A DNA stretch of 64,000 nt, taken from positions 67,456,001 to 67,520,000 of the forward strand of contig NC_043004.1 of NCBI RefSeq assembly GCF_006345805.1, given 5' to 3'. Positions within the stretch are counted from its first letter, which is position 1, and every line of letters begins with the position of its first letter. Under the pieces are notes generated by a model, which was not told where the DNA came from, searched no databases, and saw nothing but the letters and a program-made list of their open reading frames with translations. This document shows, piece after piece, positions 40,202 through 53,230 of this stretch. The position numbers and the translations under genes are program-made. Source of the stretch: Octopus sinensis (Eukaryota).

Positions 40202-40671
40202 CAAGGAGTGTAGCCACCACTTGTTCTATACTTGTTTGTTTTCATAACAGTAGGAATTCGATTCGAGAATGGTTTATTCGTAGCTTTTAAATATTTAATT
40301 TTTTTTCGCGTATGTTGCAATGCTTTTCACTGTTATTTCTGTTTTGACATGCCAACGTACCAAACCCCACCCGGACCCCAAACTCAACACACTCACACAC
40401 ACACACACTTGTGGCAACTGTGACTGATGATGGAAGACGCAGCGAACGCGCTGTTTTCAGTTTTCTGAAAATCACCAAATTTTGAACACCTGTAACATTT
40501 CCGCAAAATTCTTGTGCAATACATGAATAACAAATTGGAATTCAGTGTCACAAATTACATTTGCATGCAACATTAAAAGAAAATTGTCATGCAGTGACTG
40601 AAATCACGAAGATCCAGGAATTCTTTAAAAAAAAATTCTGTTTTTTTTTTTTTTTAATATTATAATTTTTA

Positions 40672-40937
40672 TTCTTTTACTCTTTCATTCTTTTACTTGT
40701 TTCAGTCAATTGACTGCGGCCATGCAGGAGCACAGCCTTTAGTCGAGCAAATCGCCCGCAGAGCTTATTCTTTGTAAGCGTAGTGCTTATTCTATCGGTC
40801 TCTTTTTGCCGAACCGCTAAGTTGCGGGTACGTAAACTCACCAGCATCGGTTGCCAAGCGATGTTGTTTCGACAAACGCAGACACAAAACATACACCTCC
40901 CACACACATACACACACACACATACACACACACACAT

Positions 40938-40999
<62 letters not shown>

Positions 41000-41165
41000 C
41001 GACGAGCTTCTTCCAGTTTCCGTCTACTAAATCCACTCACAAGGCTTTGGTCGGCCCGAGGCTATAGTAGAAAACACTTGCGCAAGGTACCACGCAGTGG
41101 GAGTGAACCCATGACCTTGTGGTTGGTAAGCAAGCTACTTTCCACATAGCCATACTTGTGCCTAT
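40672..41165 (-). mobile_element. Full-length SINE family B
   Basis: Tail TTTTACTTGTTTCAGTCAATTGACTGCGGCCATG through head CAAGCTACTTTCCACATAGCCATACTTGTGCCT. Confidence 0.92.
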
Positions 41166-41269
41166 ATGGTAGAAAGTCTTTTATAATATGTCGTTGCATT
41201 CATCGCTTGGATATACATAGAAAGGAATGTTCTTAAAGCTGCAATATCCGCATATTTCCATGTTTTCTC

Positions 41270-41790
41270 AGCAGTTCCTAACGTAATTCTTTTTGTCGGA
41301 CATTTTGTTGAAGGATCCTTGCTCGTAGGGAAAGGGAACTTCAGGTTTCACCAATATAATTTTAGTTGCAATTGGGTAATTCAGTATAATAGATTATGTA
41401 TATTACAGTTCATATTTTTCATGTATTTAGAAAAGTGAATCTACTTTTAACGTTTTACACAGGCACCACTGTCCAAATATTTGAAGTCGTTATTGTTACT
41501 GCATATTCTACATTTATTCTCTTTACATTCCTTCCCGGAGAATTCTGAATCATCCTCTGAGGTTAAAGCTGCCCTTGTGATATGTTTCTTTTTTTTTAAA
41601 ACACTTTGGCTGACGTTACTCATACTTTATCAGATTTTCCTCAAATAGGTTTATTTTTCATTGTGAGACTTTGAAAAGGATCAGTGGGTTTGCATTTAAA
41701 GTATAGATTATGGTGGTCACTCCGGTGTCGTGTTGTTAAACGGAATAGTGGTTTTTGTTTTCCGAGGTGCCTATAGTTGTACGATTACGA
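41270..41790 (-). mobile_element. Penelope-like GIY-YIG endonuclease remnant
   Basis: Minus strand, frameshifted: RQPKCFKKKHITRA...CKENKCRIC...NMNCNIHNLLY...PNCN*NYIGET*SSLSLRAR. Confidence 0.7.
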
Positions 41791-42318
41791 TGACGACTTT
41801 CATTTGATTTATAATGTTTTTTAATGCTAAGTGGTTTGATATTTGAGTATTGCAAGCCTAATAACCTGGTGTAGAACTCAGGATACATACGTTTCAGAAC
41901 GAAGCGTTCGTCGAGTGTAGAGTGGTAATGAGAAAATCATATGACAAAAGAATAAAAGATTATCTTGAGAAATTCATAAGCTTATAGGTGTTTCCACTAT
42001 GCGATACAGTGGACTCCTTGTTGATCGCCTGGGCAAAACTTTATAGCTTCACCGAAGCCCCGGATATGAAGTGCAGTTTACTAAGGAAAAGAATTACTCT
42101 TTTACCAAATAAAGAGCACTGCATATTAGAGAGTCCAGTAAAGCTATAAGGTGTTACTCAGGTACACAACAATGAGTCCACTGCTTCTCATAGCAGAAAC
42201 AGCTGTAAGCTACTGAAGTTCAAAGGATAATCATTTATTCTTTTGTCATTTCATTTTCTTACACATACACACACACACAGATACGCACTGATTCACACTT
42301 ATCATATAATCGTTATTA

Positions 42319-42531
42319 TTTTACATGTTTCAGTCATTTGACTGTGGCCATGCTGGGGCACCACCTTTAGTCAAGCAAATCGACCCCAGGACTTATTCTT
42401 TATAAGCCTAGTAATTATTCTATCGGGCTCTTTGGCCGAACCGCTAGGTTACGGGGACCTAAACACACCAGCATCGGTAGTCAACCGATGTTGGGGAGAC
42501 AAACACAGATACGCAAGATACACACACACTC

Positions 42532-42573
<42 letters not shown>

Positions 42574-42733
42574 TGCTTCTTTCGGTTTCTGTCTTCTAAA
42601 TCCCCTCACAAGGCTCTGGTCGGCCCGAGGCTATAGTAGAAGACACTTGCCCAAGATGCCACAAAGTGGGACTGAACCCGGAACAATGTGGTTGGTAAGC
42701 ATGCTAATTACCACACAACCACTCCTGCGCCTA
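42319..42733 (-). mobile_element. Full-length SINE family B
   Basis: Close match along its whole length to the reverse complement of 63122-63520. Confidence 0.93.
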
Positions 42734-44384
42734 TGTATATAATATAATGCTATCATACTCTGAGTTTATGATAAATGGAAAGTAATGTTTTTAAAAAAAT
42801 GTGTAATATATACGTAGGAAAATATGTATTAAACGTAATGTTATAAAACTACTAGTCGCCGCTTATGATATCGAGGGCCATTTGCCACACATAAATGCGG
42901 AACGCATTTTTGTACTTTTACTACAAGTATCCCGCTCCGTGGATATCACGCTCCGTGGATAATGCAGTTAGAAAATTTTGATGAACGTGTCAATAAAGCC
43001 CTCTGTAGATTTACGATCATTCTTATCCCCAGGTAAATATTTTACCAATAAAAATGTTAACGTCATTTGATAGATCGTAATAGTTTGTAGCTCCCTAATG
43101 CACAGCACCGGCTGAGATAAAACGTGTATATTTATTCATCATAAAAACAGCGTCTGAAGAAGAGTTATCCATAAGCATTTTTCAAAACTTGTTATTGGTT
43201 AAAAGTTAAACTTAAAATTCAGAAAAATCATAATGTATAGAGCGAAAAAGAAATACGTCTTACAAACCATCGGCTTTCTGATTTATTCTTCTTAACACGC
43301 ATTTTAAAAACGGAAAATGAATTTACATTATTTCCTTTAGATAGTAGATCATATTGTAGGAGATACTTTTTCAATTTAATTTATGTTTCGTTTATATTTT
43401 ATACGTTTTTTCGGTTTTAATTTTATACTTTTTATCTCAGTGAAAATAATGACGTTAAATATAATAGATATATATTTCATTGTTCAAAACAAGTGCTTTT
43501 TCTGATATTAAGAAAGTAAAGAATTGAATATGGTAATAAGAGAAGGAAAAAAAGAAAATTGATTGCTCTAAATGATAGCGTATAATTTAATGAAACAACT
43601 GAAATAAATTTAATATATTGTATAAACATCGTAGATTATTTTACAAGCGTGTTTGCTACAATTTTAATTTTTTCTTGATTATGATAATTCTCCACATTAC
43701 ATTAGTTAGGCAGCCAAATTGTAAACAAAGACGATTTTATTATGGCACAACATTTAAAGGGGTACAATAACAAAAGAAAAACAAGCGATGTATTCATAAA
43801 TAAAAACAGCAATTTTAAGCAGTAATATTGTATCGATTGCATAATAAACTTAATATTTCCTTATATAATTTTCCCAATTAAAAGTTATCTCATGAACACT
43901 GAAATGTTTTTAAGAAACATAGAATTACAACAAATTTCTCAAATAAAATCAGAAGCTATAGAACTTTAAAATCGTAATTATATTCCTGTAACAACAGCAA
44001 TGTGAGTAAGTTAAACATTCAGTTAGAAGCTTGTGTGTTTACCACTTCTGGCATATGGATCTTTACTCAATGTACCTGTCCATCAATCGTTCAGTCTATA
44101 TTTGTTATGTACACCTGCACGTTTACACATGCATACACAACATATAATCAACACACACACACGCGCGCGAACACACACATAAACAAGCACGCACACACAC
44201 ATGTATGGATATATAGGCGTACAGAAATAATGTTCATGTGTGTATACGTAAGATGTGTATGAGTTTAGTTCTGAGTATCATAACACAAAAATAGAGTGAA
44301 ATATAAGCAAGCGTACATGCACAAATATATATAATATACTTATGTGTGTGTATGTGTATGAATGTATGCATCTATATGTATTCG

Positions 44385-44442
<58 letters not shown>

Positions 44443-44837
44443 GTAGTAGTAACAGAAAAGAGGAATTTCGATTATCCCCACGTGGTGAGTTGTAATGTAT
44501 ATAAGATATTAAAAAAGGAAAATACGCACACTTACATAGTTTTAATTTGATTTTTAATATATCGACCAGTTTTGCTATCGTTGTTCATGATATTATGTTT
44601 TACTTATTTGAATATATATTTTTTTCTCTTAAGAAGAAATTTGGTCCATGTTGTGTGTGATAAAATGCACGAGCGAATGACTTCACAAGTAGATAAATAA
44701 AGGGAGGTAATTGATTGTCGTTATTATTGTTATTGTTGTGGGTAAGGGAGATAACTTTTCAGCTTTTGGTAATGGGTGGGGATTACATATGTGTACAGAC
44801 AGAGACAAGTTTCAAAAACCTTGTTAGGTAGGGGATT

Positions 44838-44903
44838 TATGTACAGTGATGTAATCGTGAATTGAAATATCTAAAAATTAACACGATTACATCACTGTAC
44901 ATA
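44838..44903. other. Perfect 22-bp inverted repeat (hairpin) with a 22-nt spacer
   Basis: TATGTACAGTGATGTAATCGTG (44838-44859) and CACGATTACATCACTGTACATA (44882-44903). Confidence 0.9.
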
Positions 44904-44949
44904 CGTCTGTTAAACTATCAGATGTGCCACCAGTATTAGACTTTAGGTA

Positions 44950-46945
44950 GTTGATTGTGTGCGTTTTTGTCCAGGGCCCTGATTCGCTTCTAGAAATAAA
45001 AAAAATATCGGAAGGAGATCTGATCCGGAATTGGGTTGGAGATTTTGATCCAGATAAAACTGAAATCCCTGGACATGGTCACAGACCTTATCGAGCTGCC
45101 CATCGGAGCACCACTCCTAGCCGTGGTGGAAGGCAGAAGACCAAGGTGCTACACTTCTTGGTCTAATGCCCATTTAATGGTGTTATGTCCACAACACCTA
45201 CAAAATGGAGCTCGAGAATCGTTGGCCCCGCTACCACCAACGCAAGAAGGCCAAAAGCAGGAACAACAATAAATGCAGCATCAGCTATTAAAGCAACATT
45301 TTCAACAGCAAAATTCCACTACTACAATGTCACCAACAATTGTAATGGTGGAGGTGGAGAGAAGCAATGCCCGACCATTCCTAAAGGCAGACGACATATA
45401 TACACAATTTACTTCCGACACGGTCGATTCAGAAGCCTTATCCTGCGACGAAGGGGAACTGAATCCTACAAGAAGGACTTGTGTTGGGGAAAAGCTTAGG
45501 GGCTTCCGTTTTCAACTGGGACAAGGAAGGGTAGTGCCAGCATGCGTGGACAAGTCAGCGTTATGGTGTCGGACACTGCTGAATGTGGAGACGGTCGGCA
45601 CCATCGTAAAGGAATATGAGTCGGTTGCAGGGCTAAAATGAATGAGGACAAATCGGTTTATTTGCGGTTGGGGTTCTGGAGAGGCAGGACGATCCATCGG
45701 ACGGCGTCGTCGGAGGCTGGACTAGGCTGGAGCATCTCTTATTTAAATTATTGTGGGATGGACGTGTGCCAGTGTTCAGGCGGAAGATTGTTGCTATCAT
45801 CCTCTGAGTGACGGCTTATGTATGCTGTTTCTCCTAATACGCACACGCTCTCAGGTTACACCAGCTGCAACGATTTGTGGACCGTGAGCGTGTGCGCACC
45901 GTTTGTAAGGCTCCTCTTTCCACAGCTCCCGGAAGGTGCTGCAGCCTTGGGAGAAGAAAAGACTGAGACTGTGTCCCTGGCACCTAGAATGTCGTCAGGC
46001 GCTCACAACTCTCTACCAGCCGGCCAATTTAGAGAGTATTAGTGACGTGGATAAACGACGAGGTTCTCGCGGAGTCTTTGGGTGTCGACGAGAATGGACC
46101 GGCTAGTCCGTTCCGGAGGACATTTCTGTCGTGAACTATCATGTATAATTTGCAAATGGTTTTTGGCCTGGCAGTGCTACCGGGGCGGGGGCGCAATGAG
46201 TTCGAGATAAACTCTACAGGCACGGACCCGCTGTCAAACGGACTTGTCCGAGGTACGTGCAGAGTGACGGAACCGTTCTACACACCATCGTTCAGTTTCC
46301 GGACATTGCTGACTTGTGGGATACGTTGAACAGCTGCTGCCACGTGAGGGATGGATCTGTCTCTCGGACAAGTCTGTAGAGATTATCGCTGTCAGGTAAA
46401 GCAGTTTTCCATTGCCTGATGGCTGTGGCCAAAGAGGTTGTTTGGTGAGTAAGACTGAAAGGCATAAAGATTGATACATTCCCCTTTGGTAGAGCTCTCA
46501 TCGACTTGTACAAGTTTCACTTGAAAAGGAAACAGAGATTGGAAAGGGAAATTATGTCTTTGAGTGAGTTTATTGAATGGTAGGTGAAAGTTACGAAAAC
46601 GGCAAGAATGGGTGGTATCTCTCTAAGTGCAGACCTGTGAGCTGGAGAGGACGAATTGTGGAAGACACTTGCTCGTAGATCTTCAGGGAAATCTCGGATC
46701 GTGGGTGCGTCGATTATCCCTAGAGGCGTTCCTACATCGCGAAGGCTATATCTCTCTCATCTACTTCGCCATTTTTTAATTATTTACTTTGTATGTTATG
46801 CATATGTCCCTTTCTTTAGTATATACCGTGTATACTTAATTTTCTTATTTTCATTATCTCATCATTTTATGTAAACCGCCACACTTTATGTTTGTCTCTG
46901 TATTGTAACACCTACCATTTTCCCATTTTGGCGAATAATGGAATT
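44950..46945 (+). mobile_element. Tx1/L1-clade LINE remnant: ORF1 zinc knuckle, internal deletion, RT C-terminus and zf-RVT, (ATT)n tail
   Basis: VVEGRRPRCYTSWSNAHLMVLCP (decayed CCHC); ETVGTIVKEYESVAG.K.NEDKS; LFKLLWDGRVP..RRKICCYHPL; AWQCYRG..VRDKLYRHGPAVKRTCPRYVQSDGTVLH. Confidence 0.8.
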
Positions 46946-46955
46946 ATTATTATTA

Positions 46956-47033
<78 letters not shown>

Positions 47034-47058
47034 CTATTATTATTATTATTATTATTAA

Positions 47059-47090
<32 letters not shown>

Positions 47091-47120
47091 CTAGTACTAG
47101 TACTAGTAGTAGTAGCTATT
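46945..47120. repeat. (ATT)n/(AGT)n array following the LINE 3' UTR
   Basis: Direct reading. Confidence 0.95.
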
Positions 47121-47984
47121 GTTATTGTCAGTGTCATATTTTGTATGTATACTTATTATTTTTCTTATTATTTTAGTTATTATTTAATACACCATTTATT
47201 TTTTTCCCTTTTTTATCTGAATATTTCTGTCTTTTTCTTTATAACAGTCATCTTTAATTTCCATCAGACGCAGCGGTTGCTGGTGGATGGGGTGGGGTTG
47301 GAGCGAAAAGCTGGAGGAAGAAGAGGAGAAAATGTATGCGTTGTGTTGCGCTCCAAGAGGTAGCATTTGAACCGTTATTAAATGTAAGGATTATGAAGAT
47401 TGCAGTTCATAACTACAAGCAATTATCGGCGGATTTACTCGCGAATATTTCCGTGTCATCCCGTTGTGATTCTAATAGCTTCATTTTACAGCTTGGCTTA
47501 GAAACCGAACAACATACAAACAACATGCTAAATAACTAAGGCAATCACAGCGCAGCTCTCGATTCTATGGAATCTAAACTCATTTATGTGAACTTTATAT
47601 TATTAAAATGTATTTTATAAAATAAGGAATAATGAATGAGAAAATGCTTTCAAAATGTATGCGGAAGGAACTCTAACATTCTCATTATCATCATCGTCGT
47701 CGTCGTGTTTGTCATCGCCCACTTCGTCGTTGTTGCCATCTTCATCATTATCATCATTATCATCATCATCATCATCATCATCGAGGTCGTTCTTTCTTCA
47801 TCGTCGTCGCTTCAAAATCATCCTTTGTTGCCGTCGTGTTGGTCATCACCGTATCGTTCGCACGCGTACGTACGGCAATCGCCGCCACCACCACCTCCGC
47901 AACCAACGCCGCCACCTCCACCACCACTACAACCTCCACCGCCACCACCATAGTGGGTTGCACCATGGTTCCTCTGCTTTGTGG

Positions 47985-48172
47985 CAGAAGTAGGATGAAT
48001 GAGAGAAAGCTGTGAAAGTGTACAACGGGGTTAACCCCCCCCTTCCGCCGGAGTCTCGTGGAGCTTAGGTGTTTTTGCTCAATAAACACTCACAATGCCC
48101 CGGTCTGGGAATCGAAACCACGTTCTTACGACCGCGAGTCCGCTGCCCTAACCACTGGGCCATTGCGCCTCT
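47985..48172 (-). mobile_element. SINE family C, 5' part with intact Pol III A and B boxes
   Basis: Minus strand AGGCGCAATGGCCCAGTGGTTAGGGCAGCGGACTCGCGGTCG...GGTTTCGATTCCCAGACCGG, then the non-tRNA body GAGTGTTTATTGAGC. Confidence 0.88.
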
Positions 48173-48616
48173 ATTTGTTGTTGTTCCTGCTGTTGTTGTG
48201 TTCTAGTTTTTGGGATGAATGTTTTCGATATCACGTGGTGTTGGATAAGCTCTGATGTTATCTTTTACGTTTGTTTTGTTTTTGGAGTGTGCCATGAAAC
48301 CTGGAGCACCGAAAGCCTAAACTAATAAATCTAAAGTGCTGATATTGTGCCTCGGTCCTCTTAAACGTGATGGTGCTGATGACGTTGGTGGGGGAGGGCG
48401 TCATCGTTATAGTCATAATTGTTATCGTCGTTGTCATCGTTATCATCGTCGTCGCCATCGTTATCCTCGTCAACGTCGTGATCATGGTGGTCGTCATGAT
48501 GGTAGTTGAGGTGATGGTGTGGTGTTTAGTGTCGGTGTGAGTGGTTTAGTTCGTGATGGTGGTGCTGGTGCTGGTATTATTATTATTATTGTTATTATTA
48601 TTATTATTATTATTAA

Positions 48617-48669
<53 letters not shown>

Positions 48670-48706
48670 TATTATTATTATATTATTATTATTATTACTA
48701 ATTTAT

Positions 48707-48923
48707 AAAGCGGCGAGCTGGGAGAAATAGAACGTCGAACAAGATTCTTAGCAGCCTTTCGTGTGTCTTTCTGCACTGAGTTCAAATCTCATCGAAGCTG
48801 ATTTGTTTCCCCTTCATCATTTCGGAGTCGACAAATTAAGTTCCAGTTGAACACTGGGGTCGATGACATCGTCTCGACCCCCACGAGAAAAATGCTGACC
48901 TTGTGGCAAAATTTGAAACCATT
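48707..48923 (+). mobile_element. SINE family A, degenerate full length
   Basis: AAGCGGCGAGCTGG...CTGAGTTCAAATC...GTCGACAAATTAAGTTCCAG...CTGGGGTCGATG...CCTTGTGGCAAAATTTGAAACC. Confidence 0.8.
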
Positions 48924-49265
48924 ACCACTACTATTACTACTACTACCACTACTACGACTACTATTACTTTTTTTGTTGTCATCATTATCTACAGCGTTAT
49001 TGTTAACAGTTGTAGTCGTAGCAGTAGTTCTGGTATGTAATTATATATTTATTCATATATTTATTTATGTCTGATTTGGCCAGAAGGGTACACGTTTTCA
49101 GAGAATAGTGCCATTGATTAATCGATCCACTACTTGACAGGTACTTAGTTTCTAATTCATCGATTGTGAAGAGATGAGAAGAAGCCAATGGCATGATTTT
49201 AACGATGTACGATGACACATTTCTCACTAGATTTCTAAAAATGCTTAATTCTGAGTTTTGTTTCA

Positions 49266-49421
49266 AATTTAATACATCAGGCACCTCGATCCTCACAAAC
49301 AATTGAGAACATGGTAGTTTTCTCTTCCTCTTTGCTCTCTTTGGAAATAATAGTGAAAATTACTTAGACTTGGCGTCAATATGCTCGCAACTATTTTGCA
49401 TAATTAAAGATATTATGACTC

Positions 49422-49516
<95 letters not shown>

Positions 49517-49815
49517 AGGTTTGGAGATGATGTACAGGTATTATATATTAGAAAAAATGAGGTAATCAGTTCGGATGGTTCATATTTGTAGATATTTATT
49601 TATATATTACATTTTTTACATATATATCTCTATCATATCATTCAGATCATATCATTCGGATTATTAGCGCTTTCTCCCAATCCAGTGTGGTTTTCAAATC
49701 AAATCAATTCCTTTGTGGGGAATTTGAACATTTTATAGAGTTTCGTAGTAGTGGGGAGGAATAAGACAGTATAAGAGGGTGAGGAGGAAGTGAGACAGAG
49801 AAAACATGTGTGTAT

Positions 49816-49885
<70 letters not shown>

Positions 49886-50931
49886 TGTGTGTGTGTGCGT
49901 TTGTATCTGAGAGGGAAGAAGAAGTATTTCCGTTGGCCTGCTGGCTCCCCTATGGTTTTCTAGGAATTTTGGCTCTCTGTCCATTCTGGTGTCACTGAGT
50001 GTGTGTTGTGGGTAGGCTGACCGGACAAATGTCATTTGGGGTCATACTTTCTATGATCGTTTTGTGGAGGTGTGTGTGTGTGTGTCTGTGTATCCGTGTG
50101 TGTTTGTGTGCGTGTGTGTGTGTGCCTATGTGTGTTTGGAGAAGGGGAGAGAGACAAAAAGAGAAAAGGGAAAATAAAAATAAAAATAAATATAAAAATA
50201 TAAAAATAATAAATAATAAAAAATAAAAAATAAAAAATAAAAAAATAAATAAAAAATAAATAAAAATAAGGGAGGAAGTGGAGAAGAAAACAAAAATATT
50301 TTTGTGTGTTGATATTTATACCAATACATATATATACACACACATACTTATACATAAAATATTTGAAAAAAACCTTTTTATCGGTTCAAAATGAACAACC
50401 AAATTACACCATCTTGAAAATTGTATATCATAGGAAAGTTAAAATAAAAGTGACAATTAAAAGGTAAAGATGGAAGTAAATTATAAAGATAATCTTCTTC
50501 CCTCTCAGAAACAAACGCACACACATACACACACACACATACACACACACACATACACACACACACACACATACACACACACACATACACATACACACAT
50601 GTTTTCTCTGTCTCACTTCCTCCTCACCCTCTTATACTGTCTTATTCCTCCCCACTACTACGAAACTCTATAAAATGTTCAAATTCCCCACAAAGGAATT
50701 GATTTGATTTGAAAACCCCACTGGATTGGGAGAAAGCGCTAATAATCCGAATGATATGATCTGAATGATATGATAGAGATATATATGTAAAAAATGTATT
50801 AATAAATAAATATCTACAAATATGAACCATCCGATCTGATTACCTCATTTTTTCTAATATATAATACCTGTACATCATCTCCAACCTTCCAATATATATA
50901 TATATATTATATATATATATATATATTATAT

Positions 50932-50964
<33 letters not shown>

Positions 50965-51123
50965 ATTGAGTCATAATATCTTTAATTATGCAAAATAGTT
51001 GCGAGCATATTGACGCCAAGTCTAAGTAATTTTCACTATTATATCCAAAGAAAGCAAAGAGGAAGAGAAAACTACCATGTTCTCAATTGTTTGTGAGGAT
51101 CGAGGTGCCTGATGTATTAAATT
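49266..51123. repeat. Inverted duplication: 49266-49922 and 50493-51123, spacer about 570 bp
   Basis: The arms are reverse complements from AATTTAATACATCAGGCACC to CTGAGAGGGAAGAAGA, with only scattered substitutions, indels and microsatellite-length differences. Confidence 0.95.
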
Positions 51124-51779
51124 ATATATATATACATAGCGGGGTGTTTTGTGTAGATATACTACGGATGTATGTACGTAGGAGTATAAAATATTAATTT
51201 CACCTCACGCTAGTAAGCGAAAAGAAACAGAAATTGTATACATGTATTTGTGTGTATGTATGTGTGTGTGTGCAAAGGTATGAATGTGTATGTATTTATA
51301 TGCCTAAAATATTTGTATATAAATTATACAAAAGCGTGTAGGCCAGAGATTCTATAAACATGTGAGAGACGGAATAAAGTATATCATGACAGCAAGTGAA
51401 AAAAAAAGAAGAAATTTACTCTCATCTCGTCTTATTTCCCCTTCTTAACTCAGTATGACCGAACAGTTAATAAGCCATATTTTCTTTATATTCTTCGCCG
51501 ATGATTTCTGATATTGTCTACAACTATTATTGAATGTTGTGAATTATTTAATCATTTAAACAATTTCTACTTCGCTATTTAAACTTTTTTAAATCCCATT
51601 GTTTTAAATTCGTTTATACAATTGATAAACAAAACAATTGATGGAACTAGTTTGGATTGTATGTAAGTAAACGTATTTATACACAATTACAAAATTTCAA
51701 ATTCAGGTGCATTTTCAAATGCAAAATCTGCTATATTTTTTCCTGCATGGAAATAAACACCTTATTTTTTATTCTATTG

Positions 51780-52019
51780 ATTGTTTCAGCCATTTAATTC
51801 AGCCATGCTGCAGCATCACCTTTAGTCAAACAAATCGGTCCCTGAACTTATTCTTTGTAAGCCGAGTACTTACTCAGTCTGCTTTAATTAACCGGCAAGT
51901 TACGGGGACGTAAACACACCAACAACAGCTGTTAAGCAATGGTGGGAGGAGTAAACACAAACACACAAATACATACATACATATATAATACATATACATA
52001 TATTTATATATAAATTCAT

Positions 52020-52050
<31 letters not shown>

Positions 52051-52064
52051 CATAAATATATAAA

Positions 52065-52107
<43 letters not shown>

Positions 52108-52250
52108 CATGCATATAAACAACGAGCTTATTTCAGTTTCCGTATACCAAAATCCACTCACAAGTCTTGATCGGTACCAGGCTATGGTCGAAGACCCTGC
52201 CCAACGCAGAATATGTGGTTAGGAAGCAAACTTCTTACCACAGATCCACT
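51780..52250 (-). mobile_element. SINE family B
   Basis: TTGTTTCAGCCATTT...CTTATTCTTTGTAAGCC...GTTACGGGGACGTAAACACACC...TTTCAGTTTCCGT..ACCAAAATCCACTCACAAG. Confidence 0.85.
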
Positions 52251-52259
52251 GCTGCTGCT

Positions 52260-52317
<58 letters not shown>

Positions 52318-52379
52318 TCTGTGTGTGTGCGTGCGTGTGCGTGTAGATCCGTGGGTGTGTGAGTGTGTGTGAGCGCGTT

Positions 52380-52540
52380 CACAACCGTTGCTGCTGTATT
52401 TACGTTCCCCTCAATTAACGGCTTGGCGGTTGAATAAGTATCAGGCTTAAACAGAAAACATGTAGTCGGGTCGATTCTGCCGACTAAAATTTTTCAAGGC
52501 GCTGCCTATGCTTGGCCGCAGTTTAATGACTGAAACTAGG
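52380..52540 (+). mobile_element. SINE family B 3' half, degenerate
   Basis: GAATAAGTATCAGGCTTAAA...GGTCGATT..CCGACTAAA...TGGCCGCAGTTTAATGACTGAAAC. Confidence 0.7.
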
Positions 52541-52576
52541 GAAAAAATAATAATAATAAAAGGTATTGCATTACGC

Positions 52577-52793
52577 GTGGAGGCGCGAGGCTTAGTGGTT
52601 AGGGTGTCAACATCATGATCGTAAGATTGTTTTCTTGAGCAAAACACTTCATTTCACGTTGCTCCAGTCCACTCAGCTGGCAAAAATGAGTGACGCTGCG
52701 ATGGACTGGCTTTCCGTCCAGCTGGGGAACGCATACGCCATTGAAACCGGGAAATCGTGCCCATGAGCCTGGCTTGGTATTAAAAGGGCGCAT
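52577..52793 (+). mobile_element. tRNA-derived SINE family D (B-box region deleted)
   Basis: GTGGAGGCGCGAGGCTTAGTGGTTAGGGTGTC...TTCTTGAGCAAAACACTTCATTTCACGTTGCTCCAGTCCACTCAGCTGG...GAAACCGGGAAA. Confidence 0.8.
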
Positions 52794-53168
52794 TTATTAC
52801 TTATTATTGCACCACGCAGTGCAACATTGCGTAACATCTTTCAAATTCATACCACAAAACTTTGCCGTAGAAAATCTTGTATTAATTATTGGAGACGTGC
52901 AGAACACAGACAAACACACACGAATGGGAAAGTGTCCGAAAGATACACTTGTCAAAAAACTGATGGGAAAACGAACGTCAAGTTCGATTAGAAGTATTGA
53001 ACCAGGAAACCGATCAAAACTGGATATTAAGAAATATAGCAACAGTGAAATCACGAAATTATTTCGTCACTGTTGAATTAAATCATATTCATTTCTTTAT
53101 CATTCCACATTTTGTTATGTAATATATGTATATGTTGTGTGTGTGTGAATGTGTATTTAAACATATAT

Positions 53169-53226
<58 letters not shown>

Positions 53227-53230
53227 ATAA

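Noticed and set aside
40411-40465. Functional hammerhead (CTGATGA...GAA-CGCG)
   Set aside because: The GAAA and NUH sites are both damaged and the stems are poor; counted only as a possible relic.
43015-43038. Recursive splice site (TTCTTATCCCCAG|GTAAAT)
   Set aside because: A single motif match with no supported host gene; expected by chance in 64 kb.
48090-48172. tRNA gene
   Set aside because: A and B boxes are present, but the sequence continues into a SINE body shared with 30178-30474 and lacks a proper acceptor stem and terminator.
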